Origin: Haloglomus sp.
GTDB taxonomy: Archaea; Halobacteriota; Halobacteria; Halobacteriales; Haloarculaceae
Length of the DNA: 46,608 bases
Reading direction: 5' to 3'
Assembly: GCA_042217755.1 (NCBI GenBank)
Contig: JBDGSA010000073.1
Span: 1 to 46,608, forward strand
The stretch's first letter is position 1; the number at the start of each line of letters is the position of its first letter. Positions 46,242 through 46,608 of this stretch are shown in pieces. The notes beneath the pieces were generated by a model, which was not told the DNA's origin, made no database searches, and saw only the letters and a list, made by a program, of their open reading frames with translations. The translations under genes and the position numbers were made by a program.

Positions 46242-46608
46242 TCAGAGCCGGACAGGGACGCCCCGCTCGTCGAGGTACTCCTTGACCTCGCGGATGGAGT
46301 ACTCGTCGAAGTGGAAGATGCTGGCCGCGAGTGCCGCGTCGGCCCCGGCTTCGGTGAACACCTCGTAGGCGTCTTCAGGCCCGCCACACCCGGAAGAGGC
46401 GATGACCGGCGTCGGGACGGCGTCGCACACGGCGCGGGTGAGTGGGATGTCGTAGCCGTCCTTCGTGCCGTCGGCGTCGATGGAGTTGACGAACAGTTCA
46501 CCGGCGCCCCGCTCTGCGGCCTCCGCGGCCCAGGCGACGGCGTCCGTGCCAGTCCCCTCGCGGCCGCCCTTGACCGTGCACTCGAACCAGCAGGACTCGC
46601 CGTCGACC
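46242..46608 (-). CDS. hisF: imidazole glycerol phosphate synthase cyclase subunit (3' part; runs off the window)
   Basis: [45 protein letters not shown]. Confidence 0.95.
   Translation of the reverse strand, partial: VDGESCWFECTVKGGREGTGTDAVAWAAEAAERGAGELFVNSIDADGTKDGYDIPLTRAVCDAVPTPVIASSGCGGPEDAYEVFTEAGADAALAASIFHFDEYSIREVKEYLDERGVPVRL

Noticed and set aside
1-46608. tRNA/rRNA genes
   Set aside because: No cloverleaf with T-loop and acceptor stem or rRNA-like segment recognised by eye; a tRNAscan/Infernal run would confirm.

Overview
High-GC haloarchaeal (Halobacteria) chromosomal window, judged from acidic proteins, Tat lipoproteins, leaderless TATA promoters and archaeal genes. It holds about 47 CDS, mostly housekeeping: pelota, sod, Dna2-like nuclease-helicase, aroE, tfe, rpa3 with its associated protein, mutY, nop10, aIF2alpha, rpoL and partial hisF. 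It also has a nosD/nosF/nosY-like locus without nosZ, an ABC system with a PrsW-fused permease and a standalone condensation-domain enzyme. I saw no rRNA, tRNA, CRISPR array, transposase or integrase. The unusual signals are mostly non-coding. (1) Eight short islets of about 20-32% GC recur every 4-7 kb (one gap of 10 kb), always downstream of a stop codon, and share long words between islets. (2) About ten short degenerate tandem arrays occur, several seeded on gene ends; one buries the di-glycine of a ubiquitin-like SAMP/MoaD protein under a 60-aa tail. (3) There is a decayed HTH-PemK/MazF toxin-antitoxin pair, two micro-proteins missing from the ORF track, and an aIF2alpha-nop10 pair detached from its usual operon. 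DUF/TIGR family names are recognised from memory and need HMM confirmation; GC values are hand counts.
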